DNA of 37,259 nt from Priapulus caudatus (taxonomy: Eukaryota): contig NW_014577092.1 of NCBI RefSeq assembly GCF_000485595.1, positions 596,396-633,654 on the forward strand. The letters run 5' to 3'. Under the pieces are notes generated by a model. The model worked only from the letters and a program-made list of their open reading frames with translations, was not told where the DNA came from and ran no database searches. Positions 36,868-37,259 of this stretch are shown in pieces (positions within the stretch are counted from its first letter, which is position 1; every line of letters starts with the position of its first letter). The position numbers were made by a program, and so were the translations under genes.

Positions 36868-36928
36868 TAGTGTGTTGTGTAGATTTCGAGTAATCTATTC
36901 ACGCACGCACGCACGCCTAGCGAGAGAA

Positions 36929-36994
<66 letters not shown>

Positions 36995-36997
<3 letters not shown>

Positions 36998-37175
36998 CCA
37001 GCGTAGGTCTTCTGTGCCTGGATTAAATCCTGGAAAGAGACCACAAATCGAATAGCCATGCTCTCAAACCAATATCCCACGCGGTTGGACGGTTTAGTGA
37101 CGTTAATAAGACCCGATTCGGGTGCAGTGGAAATCGATTCCGATTCTGCGTTTAGCAACAGGTTTGGGTTACGGC
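36995..37175 (+). repeat. Approx. 140-180 bp (GA)n-flanked dispersed repeat; diverged copy at 35953-36093 is interrupted by the Penelope insertion
   Basis: Shared cctggaaa.agaccacaaa.cga.tagc.atgctctcaaaccaatatcc.acgcggttgg...gtgacgttaataagacc. Confidence 0.7.
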
Positions 37176-37206
37176 GAGAGAGCGAGAGAGCGAGAGAGCG
37201 AGAGAG

Positions 37207-37259
<53 letters not shown>

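Noticed and set aside
27651..37259. Further adenylyl cyclase exons (expected ...HSFNNF.LRI exon)
   Set aside because: No recognisable cyclase motif was found on the - strand. The region appears to be one long intron.

Overview
Eukaryotic (invertebrate-type, repeat-rich) genomic DNA. It holds two host genes, facing tail to tail. On the + strand is a complete three-exon bursicon beta (partner of bursicon) cystine-knot hormone gene (67-2056, 141 aa, 11 Cys). On the - strand are the last two coding exons of a transmembrane adenylyl cyclase, most like AC5/6 (27526-27650 and 20657-20788). Between them lies a full-length but decayed Ty3/Gypsy LTR retrotransposon (3357-12544). It has a CATG TSD, a tRNA-His PBS, a CCHC gag, a broken PR-RT-RH-IN pol and an unexplained non-env third ORF. 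Also present are a pogo/Tigger-like MITE, a foldback-type palindromic element, and a 5'-truncated Penelope-like retroelement with an inverted pLTR and a minimal hammerhead ribozyme motif. The most unusual structure is a 46-bp tandem satellite filling the last adenylyl cyclase intron. Its unit is an amplified copy of the gene's own exon-end/5' splice site, giving an array of decoy donors. Several stretches (about 12960-14900, 21486-27127 and 31740-33365) look like uncorrected long-read gap fill, so their length, orientation and duplications are suspect.
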